Positions 25,250-34,283 of a stretch of DNA of 45,540 nt are shown here, piece by piece (position 1 is the first letter of the stretch; every line of letters starts with the position of its first letter). The notes below the pieces were generated by a model that made no database searches, was not told the DNA's origin, and was given only the letters and a program-made list of their open reading frames with translations. A program made the translations under genes and the position numbers. The stretch lies in the sequence record SRR20825019_415; one strand, written 5' to 3'.

Positions 25250-25330
25250 ACAAAACGCCCGCTGGATTTCTCCGGCGGGCGCTTCTATGGCGGTCTGAAA
25301 AGTCAATACAGCATCAGCCGCATTTGTCAA
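25250..25330 (-). promoter_or_regulatory. Late promoter plus terminator (pR'/tR'-like)
   Basis: TTGACA at 25330-25325 at the end of the Q-position gene, then hairpin cgcccgccgga-gaaa-tccagcgggcg with ttttg. Confidence 0.5.
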
Positions 25331-25904
25331 ACATCTTTTTTCGACTGTTCCACGGAAGTCGCGCAATTGCGGGCAATTCAATGACAATGCCCAGCCTTGT
25401 GCTTTGCCCCAACCTCGTGGCAAGCAGGCTGAGCATGTCCCAGATCATGATATATTCCAGCCGCGATTCTTCGACCTCGCGCCGCGTCGCTGCCGAATGC
25501 ACCCGAACCCCGCCCGGATACCAGAACGGCATATCACCCGACCGCGCCGCGTTGACCATATCGCGCACCGGCTCGACCCGGCAGGCCGCCATATAGCCCG
25601 CCATCCGCCCCGGCAGATCATTGCCGATCATCCCGGCCAACGCCCCATTGCGCCATTCATGATCCAGCATCAGCACATTCATCCAGATCAGTTCGGCATC
25701 CGCATCAAGATCCGCCCCGCGAATAATCCCGCCGCCATCGATCCGCGCACGCAACTCACCGATCCGGGCCATCGCACCCGTGACCGAACCACCGGGCGAC
25801 AGCATCCGCGTTTCGTCATTGGCGGCAAAAGCCTTGTCCGCCTTCTGGTCGCGCACCACCCATTGCAGGGCCGACCAGACATCCATTACATCGCGCTTTG
25901 CCAT
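25314..25904 (-). CDS. Putative late-gene regulator (Q position)
   Basis: Last early gene before the late promoter and HNH; function inferred from position only. Confidence 0.55.
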   Translation of the reverse strand: MAKRDVMDVWSALQWVVRDQKADKAFAANDETRMLSPGGSVTGAMARIGELRARIDGGGIIRGADLDADAELIWMNVLMLDHEWRNGALAGMIGNDLPGRMAGYMAACRVEPVRDMVNAARSGDMPFWYPGGVRVHSAATRREVEESRLEYIMIWDMLSLLATRLGQSTRLGIVIELPAIARLPWNSRKKMFDKCG

Positions 25905-26074
25905 TTCTCTGCCTCCACCCATTTCCCATACCTGTCAGACCATCTTTTCAATGTGCCAGGCGACGTTGACGTGTCTAACCATGCCTGCCCATCTTCGACA
26001 AAGCGCGGAGTTACTCCGCTCAATACCGATTCCGGGGTAAGTTTTTTGCCGACCGCTTCATCCTGTTTTGCCAT
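25886..26074 (-). CDS. Hypothetical protein (62 aa)
   Basis: ATG just downstream of the origin; overlaps the next gene. Confidence 0.5.
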   Translation of the reverse strand: MAKQDEAVGKKLTPESVLSGVTPRFVEDGQAWLDTSTSPGTLKRWSDRYGKWVEAEKWQSAM

Positions 26075-26076
26075 GT

Positions 26077-26298
26077 GTAACGCTCCGATTTTAGGCGTTA
26101 CATTTTTTGTTACGCCTAAGTTATTGATATATATATCTTGTAACAATGTAACAGGTGTAACAGTGATTATATACGTATGCGCACGCGCGCACACATGGAG
26201 GCTTATAACGGTGTTACATGCGTTACATTGTTACAAGTATTGTTTTTCAAGGGGTTATCCGTAACAAAAAATGTAACACCAATCCGGTACAGCGTTAC
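26077..26298. repeat. Replication origin: 12 GTAAC/GTTAC iterons in dyad symmetry
   Basis: Copies at 26077, 26097, 26109, 26140, 26148, 26157, 26213, 26222, 26230, 26261, 26273, 26294; AT-rich; directly after the helicase. Confidence 0.82.
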
Positions 26299-26380
26299 AT
26301 TCCACCATTCAGACCCTGCCACAGCATGAACAATTGCGAAGCACCGCTTAATCACAGGGGTGCGGGGTGGTGGTGTTGGA

Positions 26381-28165
26381 TTACGGATCACCATCCTGAC
26401 CGCCCCCCTTGAGAATGTCCAGCGGGATTTTGACGAAACGTGAAATACCCCCGCCAAATCGCCCGGACTTATCCCCGTTGATCGCGCCGGGTATGCGCGA
26501 TAGCGCCTGCCGGTGCACCCCACCCTGCCAGCGTGTATCACGGAACAGCTTGGCAAGGGCCGTGTGCTTGTTCGCCACCAGAAGCCACTTGAATTCACCG
26601 GGCGCGTTGTCATTGTCCTTGGCAAGCCGCAGTCCATAGGCCGGCAGTATCCTTTCGGCCATGCGCTTGCCATCATCGTATTCGTGGACAGCGCCATTCA
26701 TGCTGGCAAGAATATCCTCGATCATCTGCCCGACCGTCGGTCGATCCCCGCCGCGCCAAGTATCCACCTGACAGGACATCAGATGGTTCAGGCATTCATC
26801 TGATTCGCTGTCATTGACCTCCGGCGTATCAAGCCCCCATTCCGAAAGCTGATCGGCGGCAACCGCCGGGTCGATCACTTCATCATGCAAAAGCGTCTCG
26901 ACCGCCGCCAGAACCGGCGCAAACTTGTCCGTCATGCGCCGGGAATAGGACGACGCACCCAGAACCCCGCGATAGACCAGCATGTTCGACAGAAACCGGG
27001 AATAGCCCAAAATCATGCGTGACCAGATGCGCGGGCCAAGGTCACGAATGGCGGCTTCCCGCGCCTCGAATTCCGCGATCTGCTGCGCATTTGGCGTCAG
27101 GCGGGTCATTTCGACAAAGTGAATGCGGGTCTGATCCTGCGGTTTGGGTTCGGGATGCAGGATCGATCCGAAGACAAACTGCGCGGTGATGCGCTGCAAA
27201 ATCGCTTTCTGATCGGCACTGGCACGGCCAACGCCTGCCTGATCGGATGAAAAGCCAAGCCTTGCCAGTTCCATTGCCGCCGCTGCGCGTGGCCCCGGCT
27301 CCATTTCATCAAGGAAGATCGGCCTTGCCGCGCCCTTGAGTGCGGCGCGCGCCCACGCTGCCGATGCATCCGATGACCGCAATGTGTAATCAAGCCCGCC
27401 AATCGGCTGCGTCAGAAGCTTCAACAACTCCGTCTTGCCCATGCCCGCATCACCCGTAAGCCACAGCGTCGGACGACGATCCAGCGCCCCGCAAACACAG
27501 ATCAGGCCCATGATGCCAAGGCAGATTTGCGCCCCCGAAGGCTCAAGGAAGTTCCAGCTTTTGATATGGTCATAGACCATCTTCATCTGGGCGGTATTGG
27601 CCGGTTCGAACATCGCCGGGCGCAACTGCGCGGGCAAGGGCGGCTGTGCCGGATAGACCCAGCCATCGTCAAGGGCCGCACCCGCATCAATCGATTTCGC
27701 CCCACTTGACAGCATCAGCTTGTCACCGCAATGCACGATCAAACCGCCGCGCACGTCTTTCCACACGCCAAGCCCGCGCACCTTGTCCGGGCTGAAAATC
27801 CCCTTTTTGGCGCATTCCATGATCAGCCATTCACCGGTGCGCGGATAATCCGGCCCGACATAGTCACCATCCTTGTTAAACTTCGGAAAGGCCCGCCCGG
27901 CCCATTTGGCTTTTTGCTCCATCAGGGCGGTGATTTCCTGCCGGTTGCCAAGGCTTTTCGCCACCAGATCGCGCAACTGCCCGGATGGCGTGACAAAATA
28001 AAACCGCCCGTCATTATGGCCCAGGCACTGCACCGGGCACGGCCCGGCATCAGCCAGCATCGATGCATTATCCGTATCCGGGTCGATAAACGGCGTATCG
28101 GCATCGGTATCGTCAATCGGGTCGAATGCGTCATTTTCGTTCGCGGCATCAAGCTTCTTTTTCAT
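26381..28165 (-). CDS. Replicative helicase-like P-loop NTPase (P4 alpha/SF3-like)
   Basis: GDAGMGKT (Walker A), IFLDEME (Walker B); follows the primase. Confidence 0.82.
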   Translation of the reverse strand: MKKKLDAANENDAFDPIDDTDADTPFIDPDTDNASMLADAGPCPVQCLGHNDGRFYFVTPSGQLRDLVAKSLGNRQEITALMEQKAKWAGRAFPKFNKDGDYVGPDYPRTGEWLIMECAKKGIFSPDKVRGLGVWKDVRGGLIVHCGDKLMLSSGAKSIDAGAALDDGWVYPAQPPLPAQLRPAMFEPANTAQMKMVYDHIKSWNFLEPSGAQICLGIMGLICVCGALDRRPTLWLTGDAGMGKTELLKLLTQPIGGLDYTLRSSDASAAWARAALKGAARPIFLDEMEPGPRAAAAMELARLGFSSDQAGVGRASADQKAILQRITAQFVFGSILHPEPKPQDQTRIHFVEMTRLTPNAQQIAEFEAREAAIRDLGPRIWSRMILGYSRFLSNMLVYRGVLGASSYSRRMTDKFAPVLAAVETLLHDEVIDPAVAADQLSEWGLDTPEVNDSESDECLNHLMSCQVDTWRGGDRPTVGQMIEDILASMNGAVHEYDDGKRMAERILPAYGLRLAKDNDNAPGEFKWLLVANKHTALAKLFRDTRWQGGVHRQALSRIPGAINGDKSGRFGGGISRFVKIPLDILKGGGQDGDP

Positions 28166-29315
28166 GCATTTCACCCCTGATCACGTCATTCCAGTCTTTT
28201 CCGGCAGGCGGGAAAATCACCCGCGACCGGTATCCGATATTTGAAAATTTGCGCCGTGCGCGCTCAAACAGGCACCGGGCGGCAATCGGATCCTTGCTGT
28301 CATTATCGGCCAGAACCGATATGTCGCGGACCGCCTCCGCATCCCGCCATGCCAGCATTTCATCGCCCCATGGCGGACGATATCCCGGCTGGCTCATGGC
28401 CGGTTCCTTGGAGGGATAGCGCCGCTTTGGCACATCGCGCCTTGGCTTCCCCTCGCCCAGGCCATGACCGGCAAGATTGTCAAGACTATACGCCGCAACA
28501 AACCCCCATTCAGGCCGCCGGATCATCCATGTCAGGGCATTTTCAATACCCTCCGCCACCCCTATATGCGCCCGCAATGGCGTCAGGTAAATGCCGCACC
28601 CGCTGATAAGCGGGATCGCGGTGCGCACCTTTTTGGACGGCAACACCTCGCCCGTATCCGGGCAGATGACCTCCGCCTTGCCGCCGCCATCGGCCCGCAA
28701 ATATGTCATATGCAGCCCGGCAAAACTGCGATCCGGCATCAGCATCACCGCCACCATCACCGGAAACCGCCCGATGATCTTGCCGTCATGCCAGTAAGGA
28801 TAATCATTCAGGCACCCGATTGTCGGGATTTCCACCCCCGGCCAGCATTTGCGCGACCGCAGGTAGGTTTCGACGGCACTGCCCACCATCGGGGTGCGGG
28901 CGGCAAAGATATTGCGCAATTTCACCGCATCGCTTTGCTTGGCCTTGGCCTGTTCCCGTTCGCGACGTTCCGCCTGTTCGCGCGATTGCCGTGCGAGCCT
29001 TTCGCGTGCCACAGGGTCATCGATCCCGGCGTCGGCCGCCAGAATCCGGATCGCCTCGACCGGCTTGATATTGCGGATTTCGGCATAAAACCCGATCAGA
29101 TCACCCGACCAGCCACACCCGAAACAATGGATAATCCCCTTGCGGTCATTGACCGTAAAGCTGCCCGATTTTTCGGTGTGGAACGGGCACAATCCGACCC
29201 GCTCCACCCCATGACGTTTCAGCTTTACAAACGGCTCCACCACCTCGGACGGCCGATACCGCGCCTTGATGGCATCAGCCATGTCCGCAAGGGTGTGTTT
29301 GAGGGTTTCAGCCAT
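28149..29315 (-). CDS. DNA primase (CHC2 zinc finger + Toprim)
   Basis: CPFHTEKSGSF...HCFGCG; VAEGIENA; LADND; KDWND. Confidence 0.9.
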   Translation of the reverse strand: MAETLKHTLADMADAIKARYRPSEVVEPFVKLKRHGVERVGLCPFHTEKSGSFTVNDRKGIIHCFGCGWSGDLIGFYAEIRNIKPVEAIRILAADAGIDDPVARERLARQSREQAERREREQAKAKQSDAVKLRNIFAARTPMVGSAVETYLRSRKCWPGVEIPTIGCLNDYPYWHDGKIIGRFPVMVAVMLMPDRSFAGLHMTYLRADGGGKAEVICPDTGEVLPSKKVRTAIPLISGCGIYLTPLRAHIGVAEGIENALTWMIRRPEWGFVAAYSLDNLAGHGLGEGKPRRDVPKRRYPSKEPAMSQPGYRPPWGDEMLAWRDAEAVRDISVLADNDSKDPIAARCLFERARRKFSNIGYRSRVIFPPAGKDWNDVIRGEMHEKEA

Positions 29316-29728
29316 CAATCACCATCCCCGGACCACGCCCAATCCGGATCGATCCACTTTTCAGCGCATGGCAACCAGCGTTGCGGCGTGAAACCACAAT
29401 AAAGCCGCTGGTCGCCACCCTCGCGATTAAGCGGCATCACCGCACACCAGTCTCCCTGCGCGTTGTCCGGGTCATAGCAGGCACAACAGGCTTGCGACTT
29501 GTAGAAATTGGCGACATGGACATTCCAGAATCCTTCGACCCAGCCGAAATCCGACGTTTGCAACAGGATCGTCGTGCCATCCGTGGGCGCACTATCCATT
29601 TCCCGCCCGACATTCAGCACGTCAAGCACCCGGCAGGCGCGTAGGAATACCTTGGTATATCGAAACGACCCCTTGAGATATCCGGTCGCATCCGCAATGT
29701 AACGGGCCAGTTCCTCGTTGGATTGCAT
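29315..29728 (-). CDS. Hypothetical protein (DUF551-like segment)
   Basis: MDSAPTDGTTILL...GFW...PQRWLP; TGATG coupling. Confidence 0.6.
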   Translation of the reverse strand: MQSNEELARYIADATGYLKGSFRYTKVFLRACRVLDVLNVGREMDSAPTDGTTILLQTSDFGWVEGFWNVHVANFYKSQACCACYDPDNAQGDWCAVMPLNREGGDQRLYCGFTPQRWLPCAEKWIDPDWAWSGDGD

Positions 29729-30141
29729 CACGCACCCCCTTTCACAGCCTTGGCTGTTGACCATTCAACCGTATAGGTCGTAACGACCTTCATCGGCAGA
29801 TCGCAATGCGGGCAATTGGTTTCGTATTCCTCGCCCTCACCCCGATAATCTTCCATTTCCGGGTGGCTTTCTTTGCCGCAATTCGGGCATTTCAGACAAT
29901 CGCGCCACTCGCTATCGTCGTGGTCATCGCTGTCATAACCGGCAATAAGTTCCGCCTTGTTTTTCCGGTCGCACGGCTGGCAAAGGAACCCGCCATGCGT
30001 TCCCCATGGGATTTCCGCAAGCTGCGCGCGCGGCGTTCCGCATTGGTCACAGACATCGTGCTTTTCGCATTTGCCACGAAAGATCGCTGGCGGCGCACCA
30101 TCACATACCCAGCACTCTGATTTTTTGGCAGTATCAACCAC
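29728..30141 (-). CDS. Multi-CxxC zinc-ribbon protein
   Basis: Five CxxC pairs; SD GGAGGG before GTG 30141. Confidence 0.65.
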   Translation of the reverse strand: MVDTAKKSECWVCDGAPPAIFRGKCEKHDVCDQCGTPRAQLAEIPWGTHGGFLCQPCDRKNKAELIAGYDSDDHDDSEWRDCLKCPNCGKESHPEMEDYRGEGEEYETNCPHCDLPMKVVTTYTVEWSTAKAVKGGA

Positions 30142-30898
30142 GATAATCACCCTCCCAAACAACGCGCCCGATGACGACCCCGACGGGGATCAGCCATTTG
30201 ACGCCGGAATCATAAATCTTGCAGCGGTCGAACCATGTTTTGATCGGCGGATCGCCCAGGATGGTGACCACAATCGGGCCTGCGCCATCCTCGACCCGGA
30301 TCACAACCGCACGCTCGCCGCGCTCTGGCTCCGCATCGCGGGTATCGACAATCACCTGCCGCCCCTCGATCATAAACAGGGCCTGCCCCTCGGTCAGGCG
30401 CGGCAGATCACCCCGCGCCAATGGCAGGGCGGGCTGCGGCGCAGGAGCCACCGGCAGATGCGGCGTGATCGATGCCATAACCTGCTGCGTGACCTCCGCC
30501 ACGATCTTGCGGCGCAGATCCGCATCATCGGCCATGTTACCGGGCGCGGGTGCCAGCCCTTCCAGCACATCGAGAACCCAGCGCCGGAAATCCTTCGCCC
30601 GTGGCGTCTTGGCCAGCATGGCGATCAATTGCGCGCCGCGCGGACTGAATATCCGGACGCTGGCGGGAGCCGCCTGCCGCCCCGTCCTCAATTTGAGGAC
30701 ATGGGCCATATCATCGGTAAATTCGTCCTTGTGTCGATTGAACATGTTCGACAGCTTGCGCGGATCCGCAAAACCTAAAGCCCGCGCAATATCAGGGCCG
30801 GTCACCCAAGGCACACCGCCACGATCAATAATGGAAATTTGAGTATTCTGGAAAGTCAGCGTCGCGGGCAGATCGCGCGCAGTTTCATGCTTGGTCAT
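30134..30898 (-). CDS. Bro-N antirepressor-like protein with shared C-terminal domain
   Basis: PWVTGPDIARALGF...VRIFSPRGAQLIAMLAKTPRAKDFRRWVLDVL. Confidence 0.85.
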   Translation of the reverse strand: MTKHETARDLPATLTFQNTQISIIDRGGVPWVTGPDIARALGFADPRKLSNMFNRHKDEFTDDMAHVLKLRTGRQAAPASVRIFSPRGAQLIAMLAKTPRAKDFRRWVLDVLEGLAPAPGNMADDADLRRKIVAEVTQQVMASITPHLPVAPAPQPALPLARGDLPRLTEGQALFMIEGRQVIVDTRDAEPERGERAVVIRVEDGAGPIVVTILGDPPIKTWFDRCKIYDSGVKWLIPVGVVIGRVVWEGDYRG

Positions 30899-30961
30899 GT
30901 CAAAGCCCTCTTGATGGCTGTTAAACAGACCACCAACGAAGCTTTGAAGGACCGCGCTGGT

Positions 30962-31038
30962 GGCGGGAGGCTTCAAACCTGTCAAGAGGCAGGCGGGTTT
31001 ATTCCCCCGAAGGGTCTTATATTCACCGCCCTCCCGCC
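30962..31038 (-). ncRNA. C4-like antisense RNA (locus 1)
   Basis: Closing stem ggcgggagg/cctcccgcc, ccttcggg hairpin; loops CCTCTTGA and GGTTTGAAG are complementary to sites at 31105-31126 and 30907-30950 (the latter covers the antirepressor SD). Confidence 0.65.
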
Positions 31039-31160
31039 CTAAGCGAGAAGATGCACCCGGATTCCGGGCACAAAAATAGCCGTAACTGACGTGACGGCTA
31101 ACCGTCTTGAACAGGGAGTTTGAAGGCCCCCACGGCGGATTTTTCCCACCGATGGGCGTT

Positions 31161-31221
31161 ACCTTACGCCCCCTGCCCGCGATAGTCAATATTGACGTGC
31201 ATGCAACCTTCGGCGCATGAT
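31161..31221. promoter_or_regulatory. Back-to-back sigma70-like promoters
   Basis: Palindrome GTCAATATTGAC (31185-31196) supplies TTGACT-N17-TAAGGT (minus) and TTGACG-N18-CATGAT (plus). Confidence 0.55.
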
Positions 31222-31252
31222 CACCATCCACACACAACCGGGGGATAGAAAC

Positions 31253-31810
31253 GTGATCACGATGGATATTGAAATCTACCACGAGGAAAACAGCGAACTG
31301 CCAGACGACACCACATATCCCGCCGCCGTTTGCACACCAGAAGCCATAACCGCCTCTGGCGGCAGGCTGGTCTGGACCAACCCGCCAAGCCTCGTGATCA
31401 ATGGATGTAAAAGCCCCGGTATCGCTTGGCTGATTGCTGCGACACACCTGTTCGGCGAAGCGCAACGCGTCGAGGCATCCCTTGCGCCGCAGCAAAAACC
31501 GACCGTGCAAAATGCCGCCTTCACTTTTACCCATGCCGACGACGAAACCGAGACAGAAACCTTTGTAACCGGCATCATCACGGCCCAGAAAGCGGTTATC
31601 CACATGAAAGAACTGGCCTGCTATCTTGGCAACCAGTCGTTTTCGTCTGATATCCTTGCAGCCGACGCCGCCTATCGTGGATTTTTCGCCATCACCAAGG
31701 GCCTTGGCAACGTGTCGAGCAGCATCCAGATCAAGGTCATTGGATCCCGTCAGGAGATAGCCGAACTGGGCAAGAATAACCGGCTGCCGGGAAACCTCGC
31801 GTCGCTGTGA
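31253..31810 (+). CDS. Hypothetical protein antisense to the left operon (moron-like)
   Basis: Protein-like composition; GGGGGA SD before GTG 31253 (alternative ATG 31262); own promoter. Confidence 0.7.
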   Translation: MITMDIEIYHEENSELPDDTTYPAAVCTPEAITASGGRLVWTNPPSLVINGCKSPGIAWLIAATHLFGEAQRVEASLAPQQKPTVQNAAFTFTHADDETETETFVTGIITAQKAVIHMKELACYLGNQSFSSDILAADAAYRGFFAITKGLGNVSSSIQIKVIGSRQEIAELGKNNRLPGNLASL

Positions 31811-31815
31811 GAGCA

Positions 31816-32154
31816 TCACGCCCTCACAGTCTTGGGAATAAAGCCATCCTCGGCATAGGGCCGGGACGGGTTGAACTGCACCTGGTATCCCATCGCCTTC
31901 ATGGCCGGGATATATTCGGGAAACACGCTGATGATCGGCGGCACATGGTTATGCCCGCAGCACGATCCATTCGTGCGAATACCCGCCATCCACAGCGCCA
32001 GCACTTCATCGACCAGGCAACGGTCAATGCAGATGAGGCCCGAAAGCCCCGCCGCAATCCGCCGGGCGCGATACTCCGCCATATGGGCGGGCACATCGAA
32101 CGTCACCTGATTCTCATACGTCCCGACCCGGACATGCTTCGGACAATCACACAT
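31816..32154 (-). CDS. Hypothetical protein with a TYW3-like motif
   Basis: IDRCL...LW..GIRTNGSCCGH. Confidence 0.6.
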   Translation of the reverse strand: MCDCPKHVRVGTYENQVTFDVPAHMAEYRARRIAAGLSGLICIDRCLVDEVLALWMAGIRTNGSCCGHNHVPPIISVFPEYIPAMKAMGYQVQFNPSRPYAEDGFIPKTVRA

Positions 32155-32351
32155 CACCAACCCCCGATCCTGCGCAGCAACAGTATCCGAACGCCTGTTG
32201 ATTTGACCGTCACCGTGGCGACATGCGCGAAATCGGGACGGGCCGAGAAATCCAGCAGCGGCCCGAACAGGACCGGCATCAGGATGCACCTGCCAAAATC
32301 ACCGGACAGATGCAGCACACGCGGACTAAAGGCTATCGGATATCTGGACAT
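32154..32351 (-). CDS. Hypothetical protein (65 aa)
   Basis: TGATG coupling at both ends. Confidence 0.5.
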   Translation of the reverse strand: MSRYPIAFSPRVLHLSGDFGRCILMPVLFGPLLDFSARPDFAHVATVTVKSTGVRILLLRRIGGW

Positions 32352-32548
32352 CACAGCCCCCGACACTTGGCACAATGACAAAGAACAACACGCGGGGTGC
32401 TGGCGCGCAGGCAGGCTTTAGGATTGATATCCGCGATGTCGTCGGCGATGTTCCGCAGACGCTTATGACCGACATTTTCCGCCAATCTCAGCATCCGCAA
32501 TTCTTCGAACGATAGCGCAGTCAGTTCATCGACAAAATGTACCGTCAT
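32351..32548 (-). CDS. Hypothetical protein (65 aa)
   Basis: TGATG coupling at both ends. Confidence 0.55.
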   Translation of the reverse strand: MTVHFVDELTALSFEELRMLRLAENVGHKRLRNIADDIADINPKACLRASTPRVVLCHCAKCRGL

Positions 32549-33219
32549 CACAGTTCCAGCCCTTCTGGGATATGCTGCATATATTTGCGAAGCTGGCGCG
32601 GCTTGCGCTCAAGACCGACCTGTATGCTTGCATCCGTTACGCCGCAGTGCCGCTTTACCAGTTCAATCATGACCAGCACATCGCCGATTTCTTCGCCCAA
32701 CCGGGCAGCATTATCGTCCGGTTGCCCCGGCTGCGTTTCGTCGAGGCCGAAACGGGTGGCCTTGCTGGCGCGCCCCGCCACCTCACGCTTGAGTTCCGCG
32801 ACCGCACCGGCGACCGGCGTGCGCGGATTGGACACCCGGTAATCGGTCAGGATCGGGCTTTTGCCCTCGGCATCGAACCAGGCGGAACGCTTGCGCCCCT
32901 GTTCGGACCACACCACCAGCCAGCCATGTTCACCGCGCAGATCGACCGCGCTGCCCGCTTCCAGAACCATCATCGCATCATGATGGCTGGCCCCGGAAAC
33001 GCCCGCCTGCCCCGGCTCATACAGAACGATGATATCCCGGTGATAATCGACGCGCTCGTAAGTCCGGCGCACCGCAAAGCCCGCGACCGTCAGATCGGTG
33101 ATCAGGTTGTCGACAACATCCGGTACCGGGCGGTTTTCATTGGCCGCTTCGCGCAGCGTGATTTCCATCACTTGCGCGAAACTCTGCTTTGCGGGCTTCT
33201 GCTTCTTTTCCGCAACCAT
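32548..33219 (-). CDS. Hypothetical protein with a partial MazG-like C-terminus
   Basis: SKATRFG...N..RLGEEIGDVLVMIEL. Confidence 0.6.
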   Translation of the reverse strand: MVAEKKQKPAKQSFAQVMEITLREAANENRPVPDVVDNLITDLTVAGFAVRRTYERVDYHRDIIVLYEPGQAGVSGASHHDAMMVLEAGSAVDLRGEHGWLVVWSEQGRKRSAWFDAEGKSPILTDYRVSNPRTPVAGAVAELKREVAGRASKATRFGLDETQPGQPDDNAARLGEEIGDVLVMIELVKRHCGVTDASIQVGLERKPRQLRKYMQHIPEGLEL

Positions 33220-33611
33220 CACACACCCCCGACCGTATCGAATGACGACCGGGCGCGGCGGTTGTCATTTGCCGCCTGGCAATGTTCCGCCAGCGAGAAT
33301 TTGGCACCGGGATAAGGTAGCCGCAAATCATGCAGACCGGCCTTTTCCAGAACCGCATTGGCAAGATCAACCATCGCGGGCACGGATATCACCGCACCGG
33401 AAACCCGGCAGGCATGTCGGCCATTGATATATTCCGCCCGCCGGTCGATTGCGGTGCGCAGCACATTCAATGCCTTTTCGTGCGGCGGCTGGGCGGAATG
33501 CCTGCTTGCCGCAATCCGCAACAGCCCGATCAGGTCAAGCGGGCTGGTCACAGGGCGCGGCGCGGATCCGCGCGCGGCGGCTGATTCGATATCGGTCACG
33601 GGATTTGTCAT
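33219..33611 (-). CDS. Hypothetical protein
   Basis: SD GAGGG, 130 aa, contains AANDN. Confidence 0.6.
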   Translation of the reverse strand: MTNPVTDIESAAARGSAPRPVTSPLDLIGLLRIAASRHSAQPPHEKALNVLRTAIDRRAEYINGRHACRVSGAVISVPAMVDLANAVLEKAGLHDLRLPYPGAKFSLAEHCQAANDNRRARSSFDTVGGV

Positions 33612-34283
33612 GTCGTCACCCTCGCATGAACAGAAATGGATCGAAGACCGGGCAGCACACCAAGCGGAAAACAAGGTTTTGACACATCAAACGCCGCACG
33701 GCCTTCTATTGCGGCGACCCCGCCCCGGTCTTCAAACCGGGGTCGGGGTTAAGGTTTTCGGGTGGCAGTCCGGTCGCTAGCCGGATGGACGGCGGGTTAC
33801 GCCGCCTACGGATGGGATGCCGGTCGGCAAGCTGTCATGTGGCACCATCCGTATCGCCCTTTCTCTGCCGATTGGCGCACATTCACCGCCCAATTCGGTG
33901 CGTTACGGCAACCCGCGTGACCCGCTGGCGGGTCGGAACCGGCCAATTCATGGACCGGGGTGAAGATTTCCACCGACCGCAATCGCAGGCAGGCAAAAAT
34001 CCGGATGATCAGGGCAATCAAAATCACATCTTGCCGCCCTTTCTTTTTGCTCGTGTCGGCCAAACTCAGGCCGTGCCGCCCGATGCGGCTGTTTCACCCC
34101 AAAACCCCGACCCTGCCTTCAAGCGGGGTAACGGGGCTGGGTCCGGTCGCGAGTGCGGAGAGCTTGGAGGCAGCACTCCACCGGATGACGGGGTTATTTC
34201 TGCATCAGGATACGGCCCGTCTGATCCCTGTCGGGTCCTGTTGATGGCACTGCCCAGCCACCAACACCCCACCCGCCGGGGCC

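Noticed and set aside
30899-31819. 561-aa ORF as a single ordinary protein
   Set aside because: The N-terminal part is largely a codon-aligned antisense shadow plus the RNA leader; the Bro-N domain has its own SD and ATG at 30898 (possible read-through role kept as a finding)
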